Assembly: GCA_000091165.1 (NCBI GenBank)
Contig: FP565575.1
Span: forward strand, 2,310,001-2,342,000
Length of the DNA: 32,000 nucleotides
Reading direction: 5' to 3'
Source of the DNA: Candidatus Methylomirabilis oxygeniifera
GTDB lineage: Bacteria > Methylomirabilota > Methylomirabilia > Methylomirabilales > Methylomirabilaceae
Part shown: positions 1 through 8,647 of the stretch, piece by piece
Position numbering within the stretch: position 1 is the first letter of the stretch
How the letters are laid out: the number at the start of each line of letters is the position of its first letter
Translations under genes and position numbers: made by a program
The notes under the pieces: model-generated
What the model was told of the DNA's origin: nothing
Databases searched by the model: none
What the model saw: only the letters and a program-made list of their open reading frames with translations

Positions 1-768
1 CCCGATGGGATTGACGAGATGCTGATCGCCGGCTTCCTGCGGAAACAGGCCGTCGAGCTAACCCAGTGCGAGACCGTCGACCTGGAGGTTCCGGCCAATG
101 CCGAGATCGTCCTGGAAGGATACGTCGAGCCCAATGAACTACGCCTGGAAGGGCCGTTTGGCGACCACACCGGCTTTTATTCCCTCCCTGACTATTACCC
201 CGTCTTTCACCTGACGGCCATCACCCATCGCCGGGACCCGATCTATCAAACCACCATCGTCGGCCGCCCACCCATGGAGGACTGCCACATGGGGACGGCC
301 GTGGAACGGATGTCCCGACCCCTCCTGAGAAAACAGTTGCCTGAGATCGTAGACTTCCACATGCCGTTCGCCGGGGTCTTCCACAACCTTGTCATCGTGA
401 GTCTCGACAAAGCCTACCCGGGCCACGCGCGCAAGATCATGCACGCGATCTGGGGCCTTGGCCAGGCGATGTTCTCGAAGGTGATCGTCGTCGTGGACAA
501 GGATGTGAACGTCCGTGATCCGGCCGAAGTGGTCTGGAAGGTCCTGAACCACATCGACCCGGAGCGTGACATCGAGTTTGTCATGGGGCCGGTCGAAACC
601 CTGGATCATGCCAGCCGGCTGCCGAAGTACGGCTCAAAGATGGGGATCGACGGAACGCGGAAGTGGAAGGAAGAGGGATTCACGCGCGAGTGGCCGGAGG
701 AACAGGTGATGGATCACGACACCAAGACCCTCGTGGACCGACGCTGGAAAGAGTACGGCCTGGGTTAA
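1..768 (+). CDS. ubiD: UbiD family decarboxylase, C-terminal part (truncated at window start)
   Basis: Frame 1 is open from base 1 (PDGIDEMLIAGFLRKQAVELTQCETVDLEVPANAEIVLEG...); typical UbiD motifs such as EGPFGDHTGFYSLPDYYPVFHLTAITHRRDPIYQTTIVGRPPMEDC. Confidence 0.93.
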   Translation, partial: PDGIDEMLIAGFLRKQAVELTQCETVDLEVPANAEIVLEGYVEPNELRLEGPFGDHTGFYSLPDYYPVFHLTAITHRRDPIYQTTIVGRPPMEDCHMGTAVERMSRPLLRKQLPEIVDFHMPFAGVFHNLVIVSLDKAYPGHARKIMHAIWGLGQAMFSKVIVVVDKDVNVRDPAEVVWKVLNHIDPERDIEFVMGPVETLDHASRLPKYGSKMGIDGTRKWKEEGFTREWPEEQVMDHDTKTLVDRRWKEYGLG

Positions 769-835
769 AGAAAAGCTGTCAGCGATCAGCCGTCAGCACG
801 CTGAACACTGAACACTTGCTGAGGAGGTATCGGAT

Positions 836-1339
836 ATGAGTACTCTGTTGCGACGAATACGGTTCATTGTCTTTCTAATCGGTACACTACTCATCGCCCG
901 CGCAGTCCAGGCTGCGCCTGTTCCGGACTTTACGCTCCCGCTCCTGGATGGAAAGTCTGTCGCACTGAAGGACTTTCGCGGTAAGCCGGTTCTGATCAAC
1001 TTCTTCCACTCCAAATGACCCCACTGTCAACGGGAGGCTCCCGTTCTGGCAAAGATTTACCAGCAGTACAAGGGCAAAGGCCTCGTGATGCTGGGCGTGA
1101 ACGTCTTCCGAGATAACGAAGCCGATGCGCGAAGGTTTGTTGAGGAGTATAAGGTGCCGTACCCCGTTGGACACGACAGCACCGGCGAGATCGGCAGGCT
1201 GTATAAAATCGAAGGCACGCCGACCACCTTCCTGATTAATAAAGACGGCAGCTTATATGGACGCTCGGTCGGGGCCATGACAGAGGATGAGTTTCACACA
1301 TCTATTGATGCTCTGCTCAACCAGAAAGGAAAGCCGTAG
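836..1339 (+). CDS. Secreted thioredoxin-like/redoxin (AhpC-TSA/TlpA-like) protein, probable selenoprotein with in-frame TGA (Sec) at 1016-1018
   Basis: ORFs 836..1018 and 1085..1339 are in the same frame with no other stop between them. Conceptual product: MSTLLRRIRFIVFLIGTLLIARAVQA-APVPDFTLPLLDGKSVALKDFRGKPVLINFFHSK-U-PHCQREAPVLAKIYQQYKGKGLVMLGVNV...KIEGTPTTFLINKDG. AGGAGG ribosome binding site upstream of ATG 836; signal-peptide-like N-terminus. Confidence 0.82.
1021..1049 (+). promoter_or_regulatory. Candidate bacterial SECIS hairpin immediately 3' of the UGA
   Basis: AACGGGAG-G-CTCCCGTT (1029-1045) is a perfect inverted repeat; a realistic fold is AACGGG / AGGCT loop / CCCGTT, with a possible lower CCA/TGG pairing (1021-1023 with 1047-1049). 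The apical loop lies about 17-21 nt after the UGA and has G among its first two nucleotides. Confidence 0.7.
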
Positions 1340-1363
1340 GTGATTCTGGTAAGGAGATATCAC

Positions 1364-1753
1364 ATGGGAAAGTCGATGGCGTCGATGATAACGGGGCTCG
1401 TGGTGGTGTTCGTCGCCGGGCTCTCTATCGGCTGGGCGCAGCAGGCCACGGTCACGCTCGTGTCGCCGAAGGATGGGGACACCATAGGTCCTCGTATGTT
1501 GATACAGTGGGAGTTCAAGCCGGCGGGAGATGTCAACCATATCCATCTCTACCTGGACGGGCTCAACCCGGGGCCACCGTTCGGGACCTCGATGGAACTC
1601 ACGGGCCTCCCGAACGGGCCGCACATCGTCAGGATCGTTGGGGCGAATACGCGCCACCAGGAGGTCGGACCTGAAGCCAGCGCGAAGGTGACGGTACATG
1701 GCGGAGCGCCGACCACGCCGCTACCGGCCCCCAGGCGGAGCCGCGCGTACTAG
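1364..1753 (+). CDS. Secreted hypothetical protein (Ig-like/all-beta domain)
   Basis: ATG 1364 preceded by AAGGAG; signal peptide MGKSMASMITGLVVVFVAGLSIGWAQ; mature part QATVTLVSPKDGDTIGPRMLIQWEFKPAGDVNHIHLYLDG. Confidence 0.65.
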   Translation: MGKSMASMITGLVVVFVAGLSIGWAQQATVTLVSPKDGDTIGPRMLIQWEFKPAGDVNHIHLYLDGLNPGPPFGTSMELTGLPNGPHIVRIVGANTRHQEVGPEASAKVTVHGGAPTTPLPAPRRSRAY

Positions 1754-1848
1754 TCGCGGGGCTCTGAGGGAAGCGGAGGACCGGCTGGCCGGTTCGGATC
1801 ATGGTCGCCCCGCGACCCTCCTGTCCCTGGCTAGCATCTCCGCGCGGT

Positions 1849-2163
1849 TCACTCGGCGCGCCCTCTCATCTGTTCTTCAGTCTCTCGCCGGAGGAGTCGG
1901 ATCGTCTCTTCATAGATGGTCCGACGGGGTCCGATCGCCACAAGGTCGATCGCTGCAGGCGTGATTCGGTAGATGACCCGAAGCCTCCCGACTCGCACAC
2001 TTCGCAGGCCCAGCAACTCTGCTTTCAGCGCCTTGCCGTGCTCCGGATCGAGCAGTATCGTCTCCAGAGCAGCCTTAACCTTCTTCTTGAGTTCCGGGTG
2101 GAGGTGTCTGAGCAAGGCGCGGACAGTATCAGGAGCCCGGAGTTTCCGAGACGGTGCGGCCAT
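1849..2163 (-). CDS. RelE/ParE-family toxin
   Basis: Product MAAPSRKLRAPDTVRALLRHLHPELKKKVKAALETILLDPEHGKALKAELLGLRSVRVGRLRVIYRI; typical RelE/ParE ending (RVGRLRVIYRI), directly after an antitoxin gene. Confidence 0.75.
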   Translation of the reverse strand: MAAPSRKLRAPDTVRALLRHLHPELKKKVKAALETILLDPEHGKALKAELLGLRSVRVGRLRVIYRITPAAIDLVAIGPRRTIYEETIRLLRRETEEQMRGRAE

Positions 2164-2164
2164 C

Positions 2165-2443
2165 TTATGCGCGGGTCGTACGCCGGGGCGTGAGCAACTC
2201 CTCGAGAGCGTACAGCCGCTTGGTCTTTGCAAGACCGCGGAGACCTCCTCGGATCTCCTCCATCAACTCAGTGTCCGTTCGGATCGCCACGGTCTCTTGC
2301 CAGCTCTCGGCCTCATCCGGGCTGATCAGCACAGCGGCCGGCTTGCCGTTCCGCGTGATGACGATCTGCTCGTCCCGCGAGTGAACCTCGTCGATGAGTC
2401 GGCTCAACTTCATTTTGACCTCGGATAGCGGGAGTGTCTTCAT
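2165..2443 (-). CDS. Phd/YefM-family antitoxin
   Basis: MKTLPLSEVKMKLSRLIDEVHSRDEQIVITRNGKPAAVLISPDEAESW is characteristic of Phd/YefM; stop lies 1 nt before the toxin ATG. Confidence 0.82.
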   Translation of the reverse strand: MKTLPLSEVKMKLSRLIDEVHSRDEQIVITRNGKPAAVLISPDEAESWQETVAIRTDTELMEEIRGGLRGLAKTKRLYALEELLTPRRTTRA

Positions 2444-2567
2444 AGATTTGGTCCTCCTGTAGGTTGACCTTAATTCTGACTAGATTGTTACGCGATGCTG
2501 GAGGCCTTGTCAAGATAAACACAGATGCCTGCGCGTTTCGGATAGTCGAAAGTAAGAGGTGAGAGGG

Positions 2568-3218
2568 TCAAGGCGTGCGAGATTTTGGCTGCTCCGCTCG
2601 GGCGATATGGTAGCTCAAGGTCTTGAGGAGGGCCGACAGGTCGACGTTCTGGACCTTCACCGAATCGGGGGCGGTCAGTTGAGCGGGGGCGAAATTCAAG
2701 ACCGCAATGACCCCGCCCTTCACGAGGGCGTCGAGGACAACCTGGGCGCCTGGGGCAGGAACGGCTAAGATCCCGATCTTAATCTTCCGCTTGCGGACAA
2801 CCGAGGCGATCGTCCCGGTATCCATCACCTGCAACCCGTCAATCCGTCGACCGATCTTGGCCGGGTCCCGATCAAATACGACAGAGATCTTAAATCCTTT
2901 CTCCTGGAATCCCCGATAGGCAATCAACGCAGAGCCCAGATTCCCCAACCCGACCAAGGCCACCTCCCACGCCCGCTTGAGGCCCAGAATCTCCTCCAGG
3001 CTATGCCGAAGGGGGGTCACGTAGTACCCCAGACCCCTGATGCCAAACTGGCCGAAGTAGGCCAGGTCCTTTCGCACTTGGGCGGAATTCAGGCCGAAAC
3101 GATCGGCCAGTTGCTTGGACGAGATGCTCATCGTCCCTTCATTCTCCAACTCTTCCACGCAACGCAGATAGATCGAAAGCCGGGTGACGGTCTTCTCGGG
3201 AATCTTGATCGCTTTCAT
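2568..3218 (-). CDS. rex: Redox-sensing transcriptional repressor Rex
   Basis: Winged-helix N-terminus (KTVTRLSIYLRCVEELENEGTMSISSKQLADRFGLNSAQVRKDLAYFGQFGIRGLGYYV) plus Rossmann motif VALVGLGNLGSAL. Confidence 0.95.
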   Translation of the reverse strand: MKAIKIPEKTVTRLSIYLRCVEELENEGTMSISSKQLADRFGLNSAQVRKDLAYFGQFGIRGLGYYVTPLRHSLEEILGLKRAWEVALVGLGNLGSALIAYRGFQEKGFKISVVFDRDPAKIGRRIDGLQVMDTGTIASVVRKRKIKIGILAVPAPGAQVVLDALVKGGVIAVLNFAPAQLTAPDSVKVQNVDLSALLKTLSYHIARAEQPKSRTP

Positions 3219-3232
3219 GGATAGAGACCCTC

Positions 3233-4738
3233 TCATCCTGTAATGGCTGAGACCGACTGTCGTGCCAGATCGAGTAACCTCGACGGGAATAGGCCAAGGT
3301 GAAGGGTTCCCATCACAGACACCGCCACGGCCAGAACGGCCGCTGCGGATGCCTGGACAAGCGGTATCTGTCCTCGACTCTGATCGTGGGGCGGGGAGGT
3401 TGCCTCGCTCATATACATGATGACGATAACGCGGAGATAAAAGTAGACCGAGACCACGCTGTTCAGGACGCCGATCACTGCCAGGACCGGATAGTCGCCT
3501 TCAAGGGCGGCGCTGAAGATATACAGTTTACCCATGAAGCCGGCTGTCGGAGGGATCCCGGCCAGTGAGAACATGAAGACAGCCATGCAAGCGGCCAGGA
3601 CCGGACGCTGCCATCCGAGACCGGCGTAGTCGGTCAGCAACAGCCGCTCTCGCTCATGACCTTGCAACGCGATGATGACCGCGAAGACACCAAGGTTCAT
3701 CAGGGCGTAGGCAACCAGGTAGAAGAGGATGCCGGCAACTCCGGATGACCCACCGGCGACCAACGCAACCAACAGATACCCGGCATGCGCGATCGAGCTG
3801 TAGGCGAGCATCCGCTTGATGTTGCTTTGAACCAGGGCCACCAGATTACCTACGGTCATGGTGAGGACCGCCAGAACCCAGATCGCCACCAACCACTGCA
3901 CGTGAAGGGCAGGCAATGCCAGAAGAAATACTCGCAGGAAGGCGGCAAAGGCCGCCGCCTTGGTTCCGGCAATCATAAACGCTGTCACCGAGGTGGGCGC
4001 CCCCTCATATACGTCTGGGGCCCACATATGGAACGGGACAGAGGCGATCTTGAAGCCGAACCCAACCAGCAGCAACCCTCCCCCGATCAGGAACAGGGGC
4101 GCGGGGGGATGCCCATCAACCAGAAAGGCCGCAATCTGTCGAAGAACGGTCGTGCCGGTCGCCCCATAAATCAGGGCAATGCCATAGAGGAAAAAGCCGC
4201 TGGCAAAGGCCCCGAGCAGGAGGTACTTCAGCGCCGACTCGTTCGAGCGAAGCTCTGTCTTCCAGAACCCGGCAAGCGTGTACAGGGCGAGCGAGAAGGT
4301 TTCAAGCCCCAGAAAAATCACGATCAGGTCCCCCCCTGCAGCCATGAGCATCATCCCCAATACCGAGAAAAGCACCAGGCTGTAATACTCTCCCTGGTCG
4401 GCGGCTGCGGTGTCGAGATAGCCCATCGACAGCAGGACGGTCAATATGCCAATCGGGCCGAGCATGAGATAAAAGAAGAGTGAAAATCGGTCTAATACGA
4501 CCGCGTCATGAAGGCCGTAGCGAACCATTCCCTGATCCGGGTCGAGGACAGGTCCCCATGAACTGATCGATAGCAGGATCGACGCCGCGAGCGCGATCAG
4601 GCTCAGGATGGCGACGAGGTATTTCCGCCCTGGCGGGAGAAAGAGCTCTGCCACCAACGTCGTGAGACCTCCAAGGGCGACTGGTAAGAGCGGCGCAAAG
4701 GGAGCCCAGTCGATCTGAGGCAGCACAAGCTCCATCAA
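3233..4738 (-). CDS. nuoN: NADH-quinone oxidoreductase subunit N (cluster 1)
   Basis: 501-aa antiporter-like membrane protein; motifs SNESALKYLLLGAFASGFFLYG, NIKRMLAYSSIAHAGYLLV, LAGIPPTAGFMGKLYIF. Confidence 0.95.
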   Translation of the reverse strand: MMELVLPQIDWAPFAPLLPVALGGLTTLVAELFLPPGRKYLVAILSLIALAASILLSISSWGPVLDPDQGMVRYGLHDAVVLDRFSLFFYLMLGPIGILTVLLSMGYLDTAAADQGEYYSLVLFSVLGMMLMAAGGDLIVIFLGLETFSLALYTLAGFWKTELRSNESALKYLLLGAFASGFFLYGIALIYGATGTTVLRQIAAFLVDGHPPAPLFLIGGGLLLVGFGFKIASVPFHMWAPDVYEGAPTSVTAFMIAGTKAAAFAAFLRVFLLALPALHVQWLVAIWVLAVLTMTVGNLVALVQSNIKRMLAYSSIAHAGYLLVALVAGGSSGVAGILFYLVAYALMNLGVFAVIIALQGHERERLLLTDYAGLGWQRPVLAACMAVFMFSLAGIPPTAGFMGKLYIFSAALEGDYPVLAVIGVLNSVVSVYFYLRVIVIMYMSEATSPPHDQSRGQIPLVQASAAAVLAVAVSVMGTLHLGLFPSRLLDLARQSVSAITG

Positions 4739-6354
4739 TTCGCGCTCCGCGTCTCAAAAACAGGGTATAGGGAGTCGGAGGTAGGGTATCGGATCACATA
4801 CGGGGAGACCTGTCCAACTCCGCCACCCTCCACCCTCCACCCGCCACCCTGCTTTTCGCACTCTGTGCTTCGCACTTCGCAGAGGAGCTGCGCAACCGAC
4901 GCATCCATCCTTCTAAGGAGAGGGTTCGGATTCAGACCGATCCATACAATGAGCAGGATGATCGGAATCAGCATCGCCATCTCGCGACCGCTGATATCAT
5001 CGAGTGTGAGATTCTCGGCCCGTCGGCTTTGCCCCCACATCACGCGTTGCCACATCCAGAGCATATAGACCGCCGCCAGAATGATACCAAGGGTCGCGAG
5101 TACCGCAAATCCTTTGTGGACGCGGAATGTCCCCGCCAGGATCAGGAACTCCCCCACAAACCCGTTCAGACCCGGCAGGCCAATAGAAGACATGGTCACA
5201 ACCAGGAAACAGAGCGCAAAGCGAGGGAGCACCCGCGAAAGTCCGCCGAACTCCTCTATCATTCTGGTATGGCGTCGCTCATAGATCATCCCAACCAGCA
5301 GGAAGAGGGCGCCGGTGGAGAGGCCATGGTTGACCATTTGGAGGATCGAGCCCTCCACGGACTGCACATTCATGGCGAAGATGCCCAGCATCACGAATCC
5401 CAGGTGACTCACGGAACTATAGGCCACCAGTCGCTTGAGATCATCCTGAACCATGGCAACCAGCGCGCCGTACAGGATGCCGATCACGGCCAGCGCAGAA
5501 ATCAATGGGGTAAACGCGATAGCCGCTTCCGGAAAGAGCGGAAGCGCGAATCGAAGGAATCCGTATGTTCCCATCTTCAAAAGAACCCCGGCCAACAGCA
5601 CGCTTCCCGCCGTCGGCGCCTCCACATGGGCGTCCGGTAACCATGTATGAAACGGAAACATCGGCACCTTGATGGCAAAGGCGAGCGCAAAGGCGGCGAA
5701 GAGCAGCAGTTGCGTCCCGTACGGGATCGGTCCGCCGATTAACTCCAGGAGGTCAAACGACAACCGACCCGTGCTTTCCCGATGCAGGAAGGCCAAGGCG
5801 ATCATCGCCAGCAGCATCAGGACGCTTCCCGCCATTGTATACAGAACGAACTTTACAGTGGCATAGACTCGCCGATGCCCGCCCCAGACCCCGATCAGGA
5901 AATACATCGGGATCAGCATCCCCTCCCAGAACACATAGAAGAGCACGAGATCCAGGGCAACGAATACGCCGATCATGCCGGTTTGAAGCAGCAGCACGCA
6001 GATCATGTATGCTTTCACCCGATTCGTAATCCCGGAGAAGGAGGCCAGGATCGCGATAGGCGTGAGAAAGGTCGTGAGGAGCAGCAGCGGCAGACTGATC
6101 CCATCCACGCCGAGAAAATAGCTGCTTCCGATCGAATCGATCCACGGCGCCCGCTCCACAAACTGCATGCCGGCCTCGGCCGGATCAAAGCGTACATACA
6201 CGATGAGAGAGAGTAGGAGGTTGAGGCCGGAGATGGCCACCGCGAGCCGCTTGATCAGCGCTTCTCGCATCCCATCGACACATGCGAGCAAAAGCGCGCC
6301 ACACAGCGGCAGGGCAATAAGTATTGAGAGGATCGGACCGCCCGCCTGACTCAT
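4735..6354 (-). CDS. nuoM: NADH-quinone oxidoreductase subunit M (cluster 1)
   Basis: FYVFWEGMLIPMYFLIGVWGG, FPFHTWLPDAHVEAPTAGSVLLAGVLLKMGTYGFLRF, DDLKRLVAYSSVSHLGFVMLG; C-terminal tail of about 45 aa derives from repeat-like DNA. Confidence 0.95.
   Translation of the reverse strand: MSQAGGPILSILIALPLCGALLLACVDGMREALIKRLAVAISGLNLLLSLIVYVRFDPAEAGMQFVERAPWIDSIGSSYFLGVDGISLPLLLLTTFLTPIAILASFSGITNRVKAYMICVLLLQTGMIGVFVALDLVLFYVFWEGMLIPMYFLIGVWGGHRRVYATVKFVLYTMAGSVLMLLAMIALAFLHRESTGRLSFDLLELIGGPIPYGTQLLLFAAFALAFAIKVPMFPFHTWLPDAHVEAPTAGSVLLAGVLLKMGTYGFLRFALPLFPEAAIAFTPLISALAVIGILYGALVAMVQDDLKRLVAYSSVSHLGFVMLGIFAMNVQSVEGSILQMVNHGLSTGALFLLVGMIYERRHTRMIEEFGGLSRVLPRFALCFLVVTMSSIGLPGLNGFVGEFLILAGTFRVHKGFAVLATLGIILAAVYMLWMWQRVMWGQSRRAENLTLDDISGREMAMLIPIILLIVWIGLNPNPLLRRMDASVAQLLCEVRSTECEKQGGGWRVEGGGVGQVSPYVIRYPTSDSLYPVFETRSAN
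4824..4851. repeat. Heptanucleotide repeat CACCCTC-CACCCTC-CACCCGC-CACCCTG within the 3' end of nuoM (cluster 1)
   Basis: Direct reading of the sequence. Confidence 0.93.
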
Positions 6355-6369
6355 ATCATCCCCTGTGCC

Positions 6370-8262
6370 CTATCCGGAAAACGCCAGATACCCCAACAGG
6401 ACCACCGCACCCACAAGGATCGACAGGATATAGGTTGGAACATAGCCGGTCTGAAGTCGCCTCAGCAGGTGTCCGGCACGGGTTGCAAGCGCAGCAACGC
6501 CGTTGACCGACCCGTCGATCACACGCGCATCGAACGACTCCGATAGGGTGCGAGCGGAGACGACGGCCGGACGGATCACCGTCTTATCGTACAGTTCATC
6601 AACCCAATATTTGTGCAAGAGGGCACGATACAGCGCGGGATACCGCGCGGCACACGCCTCAGCTCTGGCAGGATCCCGAAGGTAGCACCAAAAAGCTATA
6701 GCGATCCCACCGACTGCCATCACAAGAGCCACGACCGCAAGTACGATCCCGGAGGCCGGCTCGGCTGAGGCCTCATGCGCCGACACGGGGAAGACCGAAC
6801 CCAGGAAGCGGTGCAGTACACCTGAGTCCGGCGGGACACCGACAAACCCGACGGTCGACGATCCGAGCGCCAACAACACAAGCGGCAGGCGCATGCTCCA
6901 CGGCGCCTCGTGCAGGTGGCTGAGGGTGTGGGAGTCGAGCCTCGACTGTCCCGCAAAGGCAAGGAAGTAGAGACGAAACATGTAGAACCCGGTGCCGGCC
7001 GCGGTCAACGCTCCAATGACCCAGAGCGGCCCGTGTCCCGAGGCGTAGACGGCGGACAGGATCTCATCCTTGCTCCAGAAGCCGGCGAATGGGGCAATCC
7101 CGGCGTTCGCCAGCGCACCGACAAGAAAGCTGCCTGCCGTGACACGCAGGGAGTGCCGCAGCCCGCCCATCTTCCGTATATCCTGCTCACCGGCCAACGC
7201 ATGAATCACCGATCCGGCCGACAGGAAGAGGAGGGCCTTAAAAAAGGCGTGGGTCATCAGGTGAAAGATCCCCGCAGCGTACGCCCCGACTCCCAAGCCT
7301 AAAAACATATAGCCGAGCTGGGAGATGGTCGAGTAGGCGATAATCCGCTTGATATCGGTCTGTACCAGGGCGATGCTCGCCGCATAGAGGGCCGTGAGGC
7401 CGCCGACCCAAGCGACGATCTCCAGGCTGACGGGCGCCAGTTGGAACAGGGGGGCGGAACGCGCGACCAAGTAGACGCCCGCCGTCACCATGGTCGCCGC
7501 ATGAATCAGCGCCGAGACGGGAGTGGGTCCCTCCATCGCATCAGGCAACCAGACATACAACGGGAGTTGGGCCGACTTGCCGGTTGCACCGATGAACAGG
7601 AGGAGGGTGAGAAGACATGCGGCCACAGAGCCGTACGCCAGTACGGTCGGCGCTTCCGTCAACACGGTCTGGAAGTCCAGCGAGCCGAACAGCAGGATCA
7701 TCCAGATCAGTCCCACAACCATGGCACCGTCGCCGATCCGGTTCACCAGGAAGGCCTTGGTACCGGCGGATGCCGCAGCCGGTCGCTCGAACCAGAAACC
7801 GATCAACAGGTACGAACAGAGACCTACACCCTCCCATCCCACAAAGAGCATGAGGTAGTTATCGGCCAGGACCAGGACCAGCATCTCAGCCAGAAAGAGA
7901 TTGAGCAGCGCGAAGAAACGGTGGTAGTCGCGGTCTTCCTCCATATAGCCAATCGAGTAGATGTGAATGAGTAGACCCACGCCACACACCACCAACGCCA
8001 TGATGGCAGAGAGGGGATCGAACAGAAACCCGAACGAGACCGAGAAATCACCGGAGGCGATCCAGGAGCCGAGGGAGGAGCGAAGCAGGCGCCCTTCCGA
8101 CGGCATCTGAAGGAGGCGGACAAAGGCCACTAGAGAAAGAAGCAGCGAAAGCGATACGGCGGTGCAGGCGACCACCGCCACCAGCCTTCGCGGCATACGC
8201 CGGCCCATCAGACCGACGACGAGACTTCCCGCCAGCGGGATGAGCGGAATCAGCCAAACCAT
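6370..8262 (-). CDS. nuoL: NADH-quinone oxidoreductase subunit L (cluster 1)
   Basis: WEGVGLCSYLLIGFWFERPAAASAGTKAFLVNRIGD, PLYVWLPDAMEGPTPVSALIHAATMVTAGVYL, DIKRIIAYSTISQLGYMFLG. Confidence 0.96.
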   Translation of the reverse strand: MVWLIPLIPLAGSLVVGLMGRRMPRRLVAVVACTAVSLSLLLSLVAFVRLLQMPSEGRLLRSSLGSWIASGDFSVSFGFLFDPLSAIMALVVCGVGLLIHIYSIGYMEEDRDYHRFFALLNLFLAEMLVLVLADNYLMLFVGWEGVGLCSYLLIGFWFERPAAASAGTKAFLVNRIGDGAMVVGLIWMILLFGSLDFQTVLTEAPTVLAYGSVAACLLTLLLFIGATGKSAQLPLYVWLPDAMEGPTPVSALIHAATMVTAGVYLVARSAPLFQLAPVSLEIVAWVGGLTALYAASIALVQTDIKRIIAYSTISQLGYMFLGLGVGAYAAGIFHLMTHAFFKALLFLSAGSVIHALAGEQDIRKMGGLRHSLRVTAGSFLVGALANAGIAPFAGFWSKDEILSAVYASGHGPLWVIGALTAAGTGFYMFRLYFLAFAGQSRLDSHTLSHLHEAPWSMRLPLVLLALGSSTVGFVGVPPDSGVLHRFLGSVFPVSAHEASAEPASGIVLAVVALVMAVGGIAIAFWCYLRDPARAEACAARYPALYRALLHKYWVDELYDKTVIRPAVVSARTLSESFDARVIDGSVNGVAALATRAGHLLRRLQTGYVPTYILSILVGAVVLLGYLAFSG

Positions 8263-8270
8263 AGTTCAGG

Positions 8271-8327
8271 GTGTAGGGTGTAGGGTGTAGGGTAGTATGC
8301 TGAACACTTCACACTAAACACTGGCCA
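8271..8327. repeat. Heptanucleotide repeats: (GTGTAGG)x3 then CTGAACA-CTTCACA-CTAAACA-CTGGCCA
   Basis: Direct reading: 8271-8291 and 8300-8327, 7-nt periodicity; lies in the nuoL/nuoK spacer of cluster 1. Confidence 0.92.
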
Positions 8328-8639
8328 CTATCCTTTCAGTAGATTAATCTCGTCCACATTCAGGGACTCTTTGTTTCTGTACAGCGCAATGATGATGGCC
8401 AGCCCTACTGCCACTTCGGCCGCCGCCACCGCCATCACAAACAACACAATGATCTGCCCATCCATCGAGTGGAGAAACCTCGAGAACGCCACAAAGGTAA
8501 GATTGACCGCGTTCAACATCAGCTCGATCGACATAAAGATCACCAGCGCGTTGCGCCGAATCAGTACCCCGGCGACCCCGATGACGAAGAGAGCGGCGCT
8601 CAAGATCAGGTACGCGCTCAGAGGAACAGTCGCGCTCAT
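8328..8639 (-). CDS. nuoK: NADH-quinone oxidoreductase subunit K (cluster 1)
   Basis: [31 protein letters not shown]...[17 protein letters not shown]. Confidence 0.95.
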   Translation of the reverse strand: MSATVPLSAYLILSAALFVIGVAGVLIRRNALVIFMSIELMLNAVNLTFVAFSRFLHSMDGQIIVLFVMAVAAAEVAVGLAIIIALYRNKESLNVDEINLLKG

Positions 8640-8647
8640 ATCGCCTC

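Noticed and set aside
836-1339. Interpreting the redoxin as a simple pseudogene
   Set aside because: Not excluded, but there is only one stop, it sits exactly at the catalytic Cys column and a SECIS-like hairpin follows; selenocysteine insertion explains all three facts better.
2444-2567. Possible Rex operator near rex or upstream of the nuo clusters
   Set aside because: No convincing TTGTGAA-N-TTCACAA type palindrome seen in the rex-flanking or nuo-flanking spacers.
3785-4483. 232-aa plus-strand ORF
   Set aside because: Antisense to nuoN of cluster 1, no family signal.
5029-5866. Plus-strand ORFs (203 aa and others) opposite nuoM
   Set aside because: Same shadow-ORF pattern; opposite to strongly supported NuoM.
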